From NCBI GenBank assembly GCA_963422735.1, contig OY730476.1, positions 896,001-960,000 on the forward strand: a DNA stretch of 64,000 nucleotides, read 5' to 3'. This stretch comes from Candidatus Latescibacterota bacterium (GTDB lineage: Bacteria; Latescibacterota; UBA2968; UBA8231). The notes beneath the pieces are model-generated. The model worked only from the letters and a program-made list of their open reading frames with translations. It did not search any database and had not been told where the DNA came from. Position numbers and translations under genes: made by a program. Of this stretch, positions 19,266-29,631 are shown piece by piece. Position 1 is the first letter of the stretch. Each line of letters opens with the position of its first letter.

Positions 19266-20372
19266 TCAAGCGGCAATCTCGCACGCCCGAGCGTAGCGCA
19301 CTAGGGCTTTTTCGTCCAGCACACAACCCAAGCCCGGCTGCATGGGCGTGGGCACAAAACCCTCGGCAAAGGGGATCGGCTCGACAATCAGGTCGTCCTC
19401 GCGGGTCCAGCTCCCCACAAAGTCGGAAGCCATCGTGCAGTTGGGCGCGGCCGCGGCCGCGTGGACGTACGCGGTATCGACAATGCCCAAGTCGTTGCCC
19501 GAGCCGTGCCAGCAGCGCAGGCCCGCCGCCGCCGCGATGGCCGCGTTCTTCTGAAAGCCCACGAGGCAGCCGCCCAAATTCAGGCAATCGACGACTTCGG
19601 CCTTGATGGCACCGATGATAGCTGGCCCGCTCCCCAAGTGCATGGCCACCGGCAGGTCAATCGCCTCGTGGATCTGGACGTAGCCTTGCAAATCGGATTT
19701 GGGAATTGGGTCTTCAAAAACCTCGACATTGCCCACCTCAGCAAGCTGCTGGGCCAGTTCAATCGTCTGCTCAGCCGTATGGAAGCGCTCGTTGGGATCG
19801 ACTGTCACCTTGAAATCCACTCCGCCCACCTCGCGCATGGCCTGGAGCCTCTCGACCATCGGCTCCTCAATTTTGCACTTGATCTTGACGCCTTTAAACC
19901 CGTGCGCGAGCGCACGCTCGACCGCCCGCTTGCCGTCTTCCGGCGTCTGGTGCCCCATCCAGTAGTCGGCCCGCACTCGGTCGCGCACCGCGCCGCCCAA
20001 AAGCGCGTGTACCGGCACTTGGCGAGCCTTGCCCACCAAGTCAAAGATCGCCATCTCAAAGGCGTCGTACGCCGGGCCAGCCCCCACCGTCGGCAACTCC
20101 TCGGTCCCGTCGTGGCGGTCGGCGAAAATATCCTGCATAGTTAGAGCTTCGGGATCTTTGCCCAGCAGCCGGGCCGCCCCTTCCCGGACCTGTTCTATCG
20201 GCACGCCGCGCCCGGTCTCGCCCAAGCCCGTCAGTTCGGTATCCGTATTCAGACGCACGATGTGCTTGGGCATTTGGTCCCACCCAGTCTCGGCGACCCA
20301 TTCCGGGCTGTGTACCCGCCCGGGGATCGTCGGCACCACTACAGTCCAAATATCGACAGACGTTATTTTCAT
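19266..20372 (-). CDS. Mandelate racemase/muconate lactonizing enzyme family
   Basis: MKITSVD, GLGET, EMAIFDLVGKARQVPVHALLGG, KxK, DPNE, EDP. Confidence 0.9.
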   Translation of the reverse strand: MKITSVDIWTVVVPTIPGRVHSPEWVAETGWDQMPKHIVRLNTDTELTGLGETGRGVPIEQVREGAARLLGKDPEALTMQDIFADRHDGTEELPTVGAGPAYDAFEMAIFDLVGKARQVPVHALLGGAVRDRVRADYWMGHQTPEDGKRAVERALAHGFKGVKIKCKIEEPMVERLQAMREVGGVDFKVTVDPNERFHTAEQTIELAQQLAEVGNVEVFEDPIPKSDLQGYVQIHEAIDLPVAMHLGSGPAIIGAIKAEVVDCLNLGGCLVGFQKNAAIAAAAGLRCWHGSGNDLGIVDTAYVHAAAAAPNCTMASDFVGSWTREDDLIVEPIPFAEGFVPTPMQPGLGCVLDEKALVRYARACEIAA

Positions 20373-20398
20373 GGTACCCCTGCGTGAACGCCGTTAGG

Positions 20399-20596
20399 CT
20401 ATTTGCTGAAAATCTGAAAGAGAATCCCCACTACAGAGACCAATGCCGCAGCCACCACCACAAACAGCACTTGGCGAAGCTCGCGAATATCCTGGCGCAA
20501 TTCGCGGATATCGCCCTTCAAGTCTTGGTGATTTTCCGTGACGCGACGCTCTAAAGACTCAATTTGTTTGTCTCTCAATTCCTCAACAGTTGCCAT
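20399..20596 (-). CDS. Small coiled-coil plus single-TM protein (65 aa)
   Basis: AAAAAGAGG RBS; DIRELRQ heptad duplicated; C-terminal hydrophobic helix. Confidence 0.6.
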   Translation of the reverse strand: MATVEELRDKQIESLERRVTENHQDLKGDIRELRQDIRELRQVLFVVVAAALVSVVGILFQIFSK

Positions 20597-20671
20597 TACT
20601 TTTGCCTCTTTTTGATTCAGGCAATTGACTACGCACCCGAAAGCACCAACGCGAAGAAACGCTTGCAATTT

Positions 20672-21736
20672 TCACGGTATAAAACTCGCCTTTTCATCGA
20701 CGGCCAGCGCGAACTCGGCCAACAGCTGTGCGGTGTGGTCCAAGTCGGCCAAGGACGCGACCTCGACCGGCGTGTGCATGTAGCGCTGCGGCACACTGAC
20801 CAAGCCAGTGGCCACCCCGGCCCGACTGAGCTGGATGGCGTTGGCGTCCGTGCCCGTGCCCCCTGGATCGGCTTGGATCTGATAGGGTATTTTCTTCTTT
20901 TTCGCCACCTGCACCAGCCGCTCGTACACAACCGGGTTGGCGTTGGCCCCGCGCAAAATGACCGGGCCCCCGCCCAGCTTGCATTCGCCGACTTGGCGCT
21001 TATCGCTATCTGGATGGTCCGTCGCCCAAGTAACATCCACGGCAATGCCCACCAGCGGATCGACTCCGTACGCACTGGTCTTGGCCCCGCGCAGCCCCAC
21101 TTCCTCCTGCGCGGTGGCCACCGCATACACAGCGGCGCGGCACTCGCGCTTGGCGCGGCTTATCCGCCGCAGCACCTCGGCGACCACCCAAGCACCGGCC
21201 TTATTGTCAATCCCCCGCGACACCACCAGCCCGTTGCGTAGCTCCTCGAAATTGGCGTCGTAAGTCACCGGGTCGCCGATGGCCACTAGCTGCTGAGCCT
21301 CGTCCGCGTCGGCTGCGCCGATATCGATCCACAAGTCGCGTTTGTTCGGCACCTTGAGCCGATCCGCTTCCTTCATCAGGTGAATGGGCTTTTTGCCCAA
21401 CACGCCGAGGATTGGCCCTGCGGCCGTATGAATGCGCACCTTGCGGCCTGGCACGATCTGCAAGTCAAAGCCGCCGATGGTGTCAAAGTACAGATAGCCT
21501 TTGTCGTCGATGTACACGACCTGGAAACCCAACTCGTCGACGTGCCCAGCGAACATGATCTTGGGGTGGCCGGCCTCGTTGTGGACGCCGATGGTATTGC
21601 CGTGGACATCGACATCGACTCGGTCGGCGTACTTTTCCACTGTGGCCTTCCACACCGCCCGCACCGGCCCCTCGTAGCCCGAAGGACTGGGGGCACTGAG
21701 TAGATCGACGAGAAATCGCTTGGATGCTGGACGCAT
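20672..21736 (-). CDS. M42 family metallopeptidase
   Basis: PSPSGYE, AGHVDELG, IDNKAG, QEEVGLRGA, GTDA, RYMHTPVE. Confidence 0.93.
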   Translation of the reverse strand: MRPASKRFLVDLLSAPSPSGYEGPVRAVWKATVEKYADRVDVDVHGNTIGVHNEAGHPKIMFAGHVDELGFQVVYIDDKGYLYFDTIGGFDLQIVPGRKVRIHTAAGPILGVLGKKPIHLMKEADRLKVPNKRDLWIDIGAADADEAQQLVAIGDPVTYDANFEELRNGLVVSRGIDNKAGAWVVAEVLRRISRAKRECRAAVYAVATAQEEVGLRGAKTSAYGVDPLVGIAVDVTWATDHPDSDKRQVGECKLGGGPVILRGANANPVVYERLVQVAKKKKIPYQIQADPGGTGTDANAIQLSRAGVATGLVSVPQRYMHTPVEVASLADLDHTAQLLAEFALAVDEKASFIP

Positions 21737-21751
21737 AGGTCTCCTTTTATA

Positions 21752-23206
21752 CTATGATGTAGTCGGTTTGCAGCAGGTGCCGATGGCGCAGATCGCCGCG
21801 TTGACGCCGAGACCAATCACCCCGGCGTGAAAGCCCCATATCATCGGTTTGCCCCCCAAGGTCAACCCCAGTGCCACCGCCAGCCCGCAGACCATGCCGA
21901 TCAGCACCGTCCGCGCCGAAAGCCGCTTCGAGTACAGCCCGAAAAAAAAGCACGGCACAACCTGGATCAAGACCTCGAACTTCAGCTCCAGCAGCCGCAC
22001 CAAGGTCGCCTTGGTGCCAATCGCCATTGCGACCAGCAAAGCGACGATGATCCACGAGCATATCTTGCCCACCTTCGTCAGCTCGGCCTCGGTGGCCTGC
22101 GGCCGGAAATACGGCAGGTACATGTCCTTGGTGAACATCGACGAGATTGACAACAGCGCCGAGTCCGCGGTGGACATCAGCGCCGCCAGCACCGCGGCAA
22201 AGATCGCCACCACCAGCCAGTAGCCCAGCACAGACTCGCTCATCACCAGCGCACAGAGCCGGGCCAGCACTTGGTCACTTTCGGCTTTGCTCAGATCGGG
22301 CAACACCACCGCGGCCGTCAAGCCGCACACCAAGGCCACCAGTGTAGTAGTCAGCGGCATAAAGGCCATCAGGATCAGCGATCGCTTGAGCACCGCGACC
22401 GAGCGGCTGGCGTACAGCCGTTGGATCGCCTGCGGGTAAATGGCCGCCCCGCAGCCCAACAGCAGCGCGTAGCTGATCCACTTGTTGGCCCCCTCCAGAT
22501 TCGGCGCTTGGACCTTGGGCGGATCCATTTCGCTCAGTTGGCTCACCACCTGCCCCAAGCCTCCCCCAAGCTCCTGCGGGATAAGAAAGACCAAGATGCC
22601 GAATCCCAACAGCAGCACACCTCCCTGCATGACATCCGTCCACGCCACCGAGCGCATCCCCCCCAAGGTCTCATAGACGACCATAATCACCGCCAAGCCG
22701 ATAATGCCGTAGCTGCCGGGGACCGCGCCATCGGTAATCCCCTCGACGGCCGCGCCCATCGCCTTGAGCTGAGCCAGCGCGTAGTTGCCCAGCGCGTAGA
22801 TCATCAAGACTGTGCTCAGTAGCGTCAGCACCGGCGAGCGGAAGCGATGCGTAATGTAGTCGCCAGGGGTGATAAACCCCTCCTTGCGTGCCAGCGCGAC
22901 CAAACGCGGGGCAAAGAGCATGTAGCCGACGATGACCGAGAACATAAAGAGTACCGACGCCGTCCACTCAAAGCCGATGCGGTAGGTCTTACCCGTGTAG
23001 CCAAAGAGCGTATTGCCGCTGTATTGGGTTGCATACAGCGTCAAAAAGAGCACCAACAGGCCCATCGAGCGCCCCGCCAGATAGAAGTCGGCCATGCTGT
23101 TGGAGCGGCGGCGCGTGCGCGCAATCCACCCCACGCCGATCATCGAGACCAGGTACAGCCCCACCGCGATGAGTGCGCCCGGACCAAACACCATGCCGCC
23201 CATCAC
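21752..23206 (-). CDS. Sodium:solute symporter
   Basis: DFYLAGRS, GGMRSVAWTD, AALMSTADS, many TM helices. Confidence 0.92.
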   Translation of the reverse strand: MMGGMVFGPGALIAVGLYLVSMIGVGWIARTRRRSNSMADFYLAGRSMGLLVLFLTLYATQYSGNTLFGYTGKTYRIGFEWTASVLFMFSVIVGYMLFAPRLVALARKEGFITPGDYITHRFRSPVLTLLSTVLMIYALGNYALAQLKAMGAAVEGITDGAVPGSYGIIGLAVIMVVYETLGGMRSVAWTDVMQGGVLLLGFGILVFLIPQELGGGLGQVVSQLSEMDPPKVQAPNLEGANKWISYALLLGCGAAIYPQAIQRLYASRSVAVLKRSLILMAFMPLTTTLVALVCGLTAAVVLPDLSKAESDQVLARLCALVMSESVLGYWLVVAIFAAVLAALMSTADSALLSISSMFTKDMYLPYFRPQATEAELTKVGKICSWIIVALLVAMAIGTKATLVRLLELKFEVLIQVVPCFFFGLYSKRLSARTVLIGMVCGLAVALGLTLGGKPMIWGFHAGVIGLGVNAAICAIGTCCKPTTS

Positions 23207-23451
23207 TCTTCCTCCTTGTCATCAATCCAGTAGCGGTGGATCACCCAGCCCGTCCAAAGCGCCAACAGCAGCACCGCCCCCAGCGACACGGCCACCCACA
23301 GCGGAAAGCCCAACACCAGCGGCCCCCGATACCCCTCGGGCCAATACCAAGGAACGGCCAGCGCGTAGAGCAGCAAATAGACGATCCAGACATAGCCGAC
23401 CTTGCGCGGCTCAGAGACGAGTTGTTCTTGAGAGTCATTCACAAACAGCAA
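23203..23451 (-). CDS. Small two-TM partner of the SSS transporter
   Basis: AVPWYW..LVLGFPLW; overlaps the symporter start. Confidence 0.65.
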   Translation of the reverse strand: MLFVNDSQEQLVSEPRKVGYVWIVYLLLYALAVPWYWPEGYRGPLVLGFPLWVAVSLGAVLLLALWTGWVIHRYWIDDKEEE

Positions 23452-23452
23452 A

Positions 23453-24403
23453 TCAAAGCGCAGACACTGGAATTGACAAGGCCGCTTCCGCCAGCGGCAG
23501 CGATTGTTCGGCCAAGCAAATCACGTCGCCGCATCCTACGGGCCTGTCTAATTTTTCTAGTGCTTGGAAGTGGCGGATGTGGTTTTTATTGGGAGAAGCG
23601 GTCTTTTTAAACTCCAGCGGATAGATCGCGCCGTCCTGCAGAATGAGCAGATCAACTTCTTTGCCGTCTCGGTCTCTGTAATAATAAAATGGGGCTAGGC
23701 GACCGTTGTGCCGGTAGCTTTTCAGCAGTGTTTAGCATTTGCCCGGTTCGGGCCGCAGCCGACCTCAGAAAGCGGAGAAAGGACAGCTCATCGCCTACTC
23801 AGGCGAGGTCGCGAATATCGCGCTGGAGGTAGGTCTGCAAGTAGGCATTGTAAAAAAGGCCCCAATCCATTTGCTCATCCAGTGCAACAGCGGGAAAATC
23901 GCCGCGCCATATAAGCCTGTAGAGCTCCTTTAAGCCGAGAGATCCGCCCGTGCAGACCCTATCGCCCATAGCGTCGGGGGTCGGCAAAACCTTGCTCATC
24001 CGCTCGCGCCTTGAAAGCCCCAAAAGCTGCACAATGCCCACTCGCCCAGCCAAGGATTCGGATACGCCTTGCATCAGGTGGAATTGCTGAGAACCTGTAA
24101 GCCAAAACTGGCCGGGCGTGCGCTCTCGATCTACAGCCATTTTGATATGGGGTAACAGCTGTGGCGCGTACTGGATTTCGTCGATGAGCACCGGCGGCGA
24201 GAACCGCTGCATGAACAGGGGGTCTTCTCTCGCCAAGCTCTATACAAGGGGATCGTCCAAGGTAACGTATGTGCGGTCTGGTTTGCTTGCATGCTTGAAC
24301 AGGGTCGTCTTGCCGACCTGTCTGGCTCCGCAGACCATGAGTACGGGGAATCGACAAGACGCAATGAAGGCTTCAAGAGTTCGGGCAACGTACCTATTGG
24401 CAT
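23453..24403 (-). pseudogene. AAA ATPase-DUF4143 protein, disrupted
   Basis: GARQVGKTT, in-frame TAG, IDEIQYAP, TGSQQF, SESLAGR, internal deletion, C-terminal YYYRDRDGKEVDLL..PLEFKK. Confidence 0.82.
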
Positions 24404-24540
24404 TTATCGGCTAATTTGCAGTGCGATTGCAAATCAGCCGACCTTTAGACACTGTCAAGAGGAGCAGCACTGCTGTTGCCCGGAGCTAGTGGATTGGAGT
24501 TATGCGGTCTAAGGTATCAGACGGCGGGTGGATCGGACAC

Positions 24541-25090
24541 TCAAAATACATCGGCCATCTTCAACGCAAAGCCTTGCAATGTCGGCGAAGTCAATGTCGC
24601 CCCTTCCCCGTAGGTGTCCACGACATCGAAGCCGCGTTCGCCGCGCCGCAAGACCGTTATCGTTTTGGCGACGGTGTCCACCATCCAGTACTCGTTCACG
24701 CCATGTCTGGCATATAGCGTGCGCTTGAACGTCCTGTCGCGTTTAGCTGTGGAGGGAGATAGGATTTCGACGACCAAGTCCGGCGCGCCCTGAATGTTCG
24801 CGGGAGTGATGATGTGACCGCGCTTATTGGAGACGAACAGCAGATCGGGCTGCAGCACGTCCACATCCGACAGCACCACGTCGAAGGGTGCATCATAGAC
24901 CCCTCCCAAGCGATGCTCATTCACAAACTGAAACAGTGTCGATCCTAAGCGGGATGGAAACTCTCTGATGCAGTTCTCCAGGAGCAGGAATCATAACCAA
25001 CTCTCCGTCCAGAAGCTCGTAGCGTTTGTCTTCCGGCGTATTCAGGTAGTTTTCGTAGGTAAACTTGACTATGGGACTGGGGATAGTCAT
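24541..25090 (-). pseudogene. Uma2-family nuclease, frameshifted near 24950
   Basis: KFTYENYLNTPEDKRYELLDGEL in one frame; APFDVVL..VLQPDLLF..GAPDLVVEILSPST in another. Confidence 0.85.
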
Positions 25091-25158
25091 GGTTGCCGTC
25101 CTCTCTCTGGTGATGCACTGCTTGCGTGGCACAGACTTGAGCCTAATCTGCTTCCGGC

Positions 25159-25457
25159 TCACGCTACCGCCTGTAATCTTTTTCTCGCGACAGAAGCCCC
25201 GTGCGGATGCCTTTCGCCACACTCCCACGGGCTCACCAGGCCCGCCGGGACATTCAGATAGCGGGCGAAAACCGATTGACTCACCTTCTCGCGTAGCCGG
25301 ATTTGCCGGATCTGTTCGGCGTCAACGCTTCGACGGGCGTCAGGCACATCTCGTCGAATGTCTTCATGGTCATTTTGTTCATAACGCCCGCCTCATGAAG
25401 CCCAAGAGCCGTCTCGTGTACGGTCGCCAATACCTCGCTTTTGTACTGTTCACTCAT
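25159..25457 (-). pseudogene. HigA-like HTH antitoxin, frameshifted
   Basis: MSEQYKSEVLATVHETALGLHEAG..TMKTFDEMCLTP then frameshift near 25318 to EQIRQIRLREKVSQSVFARYLNV. Confidence 0.8.
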
Positions 25458-25824
25458 CGCAGATAACCTCCGCGATCGTTCCCTTCTTCACCGCTACCCT
25501 CAACTCTTTATTGTCGAGGACAAGCATCTCGCTGGCAAGTTTGCGAAAAGCTTGCAACTCGTCCCGCTGGATGTTGTCTCGGTCACCCTTGGCGAAACCA
25601 TAAACGAAAAACGCCCTTTCGGCCCGCCGGAAGAGTATAGTGCTTCGGTATCCACCGGACTTGCCCTGCTCTTTCCGTGCCAGACGCTGCTTGATTACAC
25701 CGCCGCCCAGATCAGCATCAACGAGTCCCTTCTCGGCCTGCCGAACAGCCTTGCAAAGCTCTGCCTCGGCTATCCTCTTGCGGTTCGCGAAGCGGTCAAA
25801 TGGCTTGGTCTTAAAAACTCGCAC
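25450..25824 (-). CDS. RelE/ParE (HigB-like) toxin
   Basis: RVFKTKPFDRFA, DADLGGGVIKQRLAR..GKSGGYR, FFVYGFAK. Confidence 0.85.
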   Translation of the reverse strand: MRVFKTKPFDRFANRKRIAEAELCKAVRQAEKGLVDADLGGGVIKQRLARKEQGKSGGYRSTILFRRAERAFFVYGFAKGDRDNIQRDELQAFRKLASEMLVLDNKELRVAVKKGTIAEVICDE

Positions 25825-25926
25825 CTCGCTCCACTGTTGGCTCAGTACCGAAACCGAGGGGTCCAGCTCTCTTTCAACGCCTCGTCAGAGTCTTCGCCCT
25901 CGTCCATATAGACTTCATCAACAAGA

Positions 25927-26270
25927 CTAGGACATGTGAGAACCGTCAATACGCGCCATTACTTCCTCCCATGCGGTGATTGACCTTTGGCCGCCAAACC
26001 AAGCCGTGATGTCAACCTCGCCTTCGGCTTGGTAGAGCGCGATATAAATCTCGTAACTCGGGTCCATATCGCGGTTGCAGACCTTGGTCATAACCAAACC
26101 AAAAGGCTTGAAGTCGTTGGTGACGGTCTGGTCCGCGAGGAACAGCACCCGTTTGACCTTCTCGGCTTTCCATAATCGCCATATAATCTGAAAAACCGAG
26201 AACGTCTTGCCGGTGCCGGTGGCCATGACTATCAGCGCCCGGCACTGTCCCCGCGTAATGGCTTCGACTA
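25927..26270 (-). pseudogene. Type I restriction HsdR fragment
   Basis: [40 protein letters not shown]. Confidence 0.78.
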
Positions 26271-26350
26271 CGGCGAGCGGAAGGTTCGTCTACGTCTATA
26301 CATCTAGTAAAATAGCAAATAGTCAGCGCACTTTTTCTCGCCACGCGAGC

Positions 26351-28519
26351 CTAGCTTGCCCCGGACAATGACCCCGCGGCGTACACCGGACTCGACCAAG
26401 CCATCTGCCCGTCGCACTGGATGGCCTTGACGAAATAAGCGGCCTGCCCTTCCCCCGGCGGCTGATCCACAGTCTCCAGCGTCAATTCCAGCACTTCCAC
26501 CTGCTCGGGATAGCGCTGCACCACCAACTGCATGTCCAAGCCACCGTAGTCGAAGCACCTTGGCTTATGGCCCAGTCCCGCCAGATCAATCTCCCTCGTC
26601 CCCGCCGCAGAATCGAACACCACGCTGCCGACCTGCCCATCGTTCAGCACCAGCTCAATACCGTCGCAATCCCCCGTGGTCTGCGATTGAAAAGCCACGG
26701 CCTGCGGCTTGGTCGCGGTGATGCCGTCAGCCGCAGAGTCAAAGCTGACCGTGGTCGCCTCCACAATGGTGGCCTGAGTGGTGCGGATAACCCCAGACCA
26801 ATCCACCCGCCGCCCGCGCCCGCGCATCCGCGAGCCAGACCACATCAGGCGCAACCTGTTGGAATGCACCAAATCCCGACCGAATTCAGGTGGCTGGACC
26901 TCGGCGAGCAAGGTCCGACCGCGATACACTTGCAGCACCTCCAGCGGTGCCGCCCCCACAACCCGGGCGCGAATATCCACCGAGTCCACATTTGTCACCA
27001 CCGCCCCCATGAACGCACCGGCTATCTGTACATCTAGAAGTATGCGCGCTCCAGTCGTGCCGTAACAGCGCCTGCTACACAGGGCCTCCCACACGCCCGA
27101 GCGCGACAACTCGCCGGCCAACACGCAGGTCAAGCCGCCGGCAATGCCAAACTCGCCAGCCCCCGGCCCTTCGGCCCCGGGCCGTCCCTTGTGGCCGTCG
27201 CTGTTGCATATTACCCCGACCACGTGGCCGCAATCCAGCGCGTCGAACAGCATCCACTCGAACACGCCCCAGCACGAGACGATCTCCACGAGATTGTGCG
27301 CCTCGGGGTCGAAATAGGCTTTGACGTCGGCCCAGCGCCCGCCTACGTGCGAGCCGATAATCACGTTATCGCGTGGCACTAAGCGGGCGAGCCGGGCGAA
27401 AAAAACATCGGCCGGATGTGCGGGCGACACCGCGTCCTCGGAAACGTGCGGGATCTGCCAGTGGCTGTTGCGCACAATAGGTAGCCCCTCCGCCAAGTAA
27501 AAGACGTTGCGATCCCCGCCAGCCGGGGAATTAGCCGACCACTCGTAGCCAGGAAAGACGACGAACTCGCCGTCCCGGTGAAAAGCCCGCACCGTCTCGT
27601 TGAGCCGCTGCCAGTCTTGGTCATCAACCTGGAAATCATTGCCCTGATGCGAGGCGAAATCTACCCTCGCCCAGTCGCGGGCAAAGGTGAAGTACTCCAC
27701 TTCGGTGCCCACGCCGACGGTGGCGTCGGACTGGGCGTGCAAATCTCCCCAGTAGCGGTACCACTGAGGCGCTGTCGCAAAGACGACGACTGGATTGCTG
27801 TAACAGCGCAATCCGCCCGCCGCCGCAATCAGCCGTCCGCTACCCGAAGCGCAAAAGGACACCCTACCCCCCTCGGCCACAACCTCCCCTTCTCCTTCCC
27901 AACCCAGTTCGACCGGCCCTGCCACTGCCGTCGGATTACCCCACATATCCTGTCCTTTAACAAAAACCTCGACCGCCTCCCCCACTAGTGCTTGGCTCGG
28001 CGCTATGCACACCAGTTCCACGGCCTCGCCAGCGACAATGGGAAACTTGGGCGATTTCGCCACGGCCCGAGCCACCGAAGCATTGGTCGGATCGACGAAG
28101 GCGCGGAATTCGTGAGCCGACTCGATAAAAGTCTGCGCTCGAATCCCCGGCGAGCCACCGCTCCGCTCTCCCAAGACCACGCTCACCGCATCGCCGGGTG
28201 CGAGGGAACCATCGCACACGTCAATCACCACGCACCAGCGCATCCAAGGGCGCTCGTGGCCCTTGGGGGCAAAGCGCGGCATCAGCTTGGCCGCTCCGTT
28301 GGTCTGCGCCGTGCAATAGGCCGGCGCAGCCGGATCGCTGAACTGGGCCGGCTGCATGTCGCAGGCAAAGCGCTGGGCGATCTTAATGGTGCCGCACTCG
28401 TCAATGCCGTAGCTGCCCACGGTCAGGGTCAAGGTCCATTGCTGGTAGGTGCCGGCCACTACCGGCGCGCAAGGTTCCAGCGTCACCGTCCCCAGCCGTT
28501 CTCGCCATTGCTGCTGCAT
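26351..28519 (-). CDS. DUF3604-like PHP-fold hydrolase
   Basis: YWGDLHAQS, FPGYEWS..GGDRNVF, NSDGHKGRPG, RRCYGTTG, MAWSSPV. Confidence 0.75.
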   Translation of the reverse strand: MQQQWRERLGTVTLEPCAPVVAGTYQQWTLTLTVGSYGIDECGTIKIAQRFACDMQPAQFSDPAAPAYCTAQTNGAAKLMPRFAPKGHERPWMRWCVVIDVCDGSLAPGDAVSVVLGERSGGSPGIRAQTFIESAHEFRAFVDPTNASVARAVAKSPKFPIVAGEAVELVCIAPSQALVGEAVEVFVKGQDMWGNPTAVAGPVELGWEGEGEVVAEGGRVSFCASGSGRLIAAAGGLRCYSNPVVVFATAPQWYRYWGDLHAQSDATVGVGTEVEYFTFARDWARVDFASHQGNDFQVDDQDWQRLNETVRAFHRDGEFVVFPGYEWSANSPAGGDRNVFYLAEGLPIVRNSHWQIPHVSEDAVSPAHPADVFFARLARLVPRDNVIIGSHVGGRWADVKAYFDPEAHNLVEIVSCWGVFEWMLFDALDCGHVVGVICNSDGHKGRPGAEGPGAGEFGIAGGLTCVLAGELSRSGVWEALCSRRCYGTTGARILLDVQIAGAFMGAVVTNVDSVDIRARVVGAAPLEVLQVYRGRTLLAEVQPPEFGRDLVHSNRLRLMWSGSRMRGRGRRVDWSGVIRTTQATIVEATTVSFDSAADGITATKPQAVAFQSQTTGDCDGIELVLNDGQVGSVVFDSAAGTREIDLAGLGHKPRCFDYGGLDMQLVVQRYPEQVEVLELTLETVDQPPGEGQAAYFVKAIQCDGQMAWSSPVYAAGSLSGAS

Positions 28520-28674
28520 TTTAAACTCCTTTGCTCCCCAAGTAGTCAAAAGCCAAAAATCTCCGCACTGCCCACCCGCTTTTTTTGCAATCTCTTTTTT
28601 CACTAACTTAACCAGTATTATTTATAAAAAGATCTGCGCGGAATTGAAATTTGACCCTGAGAAAGGATAGCAGT

Positions 28675-29631
28675 GTGAAGGTCGTACTGACGTTTGATAT
28701 GGGGGCAGCCTACGTCGAGGAATTGCGGACGGCGTTCCCCGAAGTGGATTTTTGCCCGGCGCATAGCGAAGCGGAGCAGGTGCGCGAGGTGGTGGATGCA
28801 CAGGTGGTGTTTGGGTTGATGACGCGGCCGGTGTTTTTAGCCGCCCACCAACTCAAGTGGTTTCACTTTGTGGGCATCGGCTTCGACCCGAGCGTGCGCA
28901 ATATACCGGAGTTTCGCACGGGTGCTGTGGTGATGACCAACGCGCGCCAGGCGCATGTAGTGCCAATGGCCGACCACGTCTTCGCCGCGATACTTGCACA
29001 CGCCCACCGGATCCCCGAACTGCTCGAGGATCAGCGCAAGCACCATTGGAATACCAAGCGCTATGTACGGCGCATCATCGAATTGGAAGGAACCAAGATG
29101 GGGGTGCTGGCGATGGGTGATATCGGGCGGGCCGTAGCCACGCGGGCCGCAGCGTTCGGGATCGAGGTTTACGCAGTGGATATCTTGCCGATGGAGCCGC
29201 CGCCGGGCGTGTGTGCGGTGTGGCCGGTCGAGCGATTGGACGAGATGCTGGAAAGGATCGACTGGCTGGTGGTGACGGCCCCGCGCACCCAAGCGACGAC
29301 GGGGATGCTCAATCGGCAACGGCTCGCCTTGCTCAAAGAAGGAGCGTTTGTAGTGGTCGTCTCGCGCGGGGGAATAGTCGATGAGGAAGCACTGGCCGCG
29401 GGCTTGCACGCCGACCGGCTCGGCGGCGCCGCGCTCGACGCGACCGAGGTCGAACCGCTGCCGCTAGACAGCCCGCTGTGGGACGCGCCCAACATGCTGA
29501 TCTCGCCGCATGCCTCGGCCGAGTCCGTGCAATTGATCGAGCGCCGCAAGGCGATCTTCAAGGAAAATCTGCGCCGCTATCTGGCGGGCGAAGCGTTGTT
29601 GAACGTGTGCGATACAGAGAAAGGGTACTAA
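28675..29631 (+). CDS. D-2-hydroxyacid dehydrogenase
   Basis: MGDIGRAVA, SRGGIVDE, ALDATEVEPLP, ISPH. Confidence 0.9.
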   Translation: MKVVLTFDMGAAYVEELRTAFPEVDFCPAHSEAEQVREVVDAQVVFGLMTRPVFLAAHQLKWFHFVGIGFDPSVRNIPEFRTGAVVMTNARQAHVVPMADHVFAAILAHAHRIPELLEDQRKHHWNTKRYVRRIIELEGTKMGVLAMGDIGRAVATRAAAFGIEVYAVDILPMEPPPGVCAVWPVERLDEMLERIDWLVVTAPRTQATTGMLNRQRLALLKEGAFVVVVSRGGIVDEEALAAGLHADRLGGAALDATEVEPLPLDSPLWDAPNMLISPHASAESVQLIERRKAIFKENLRRYLAGEALLNVCDTEKGY

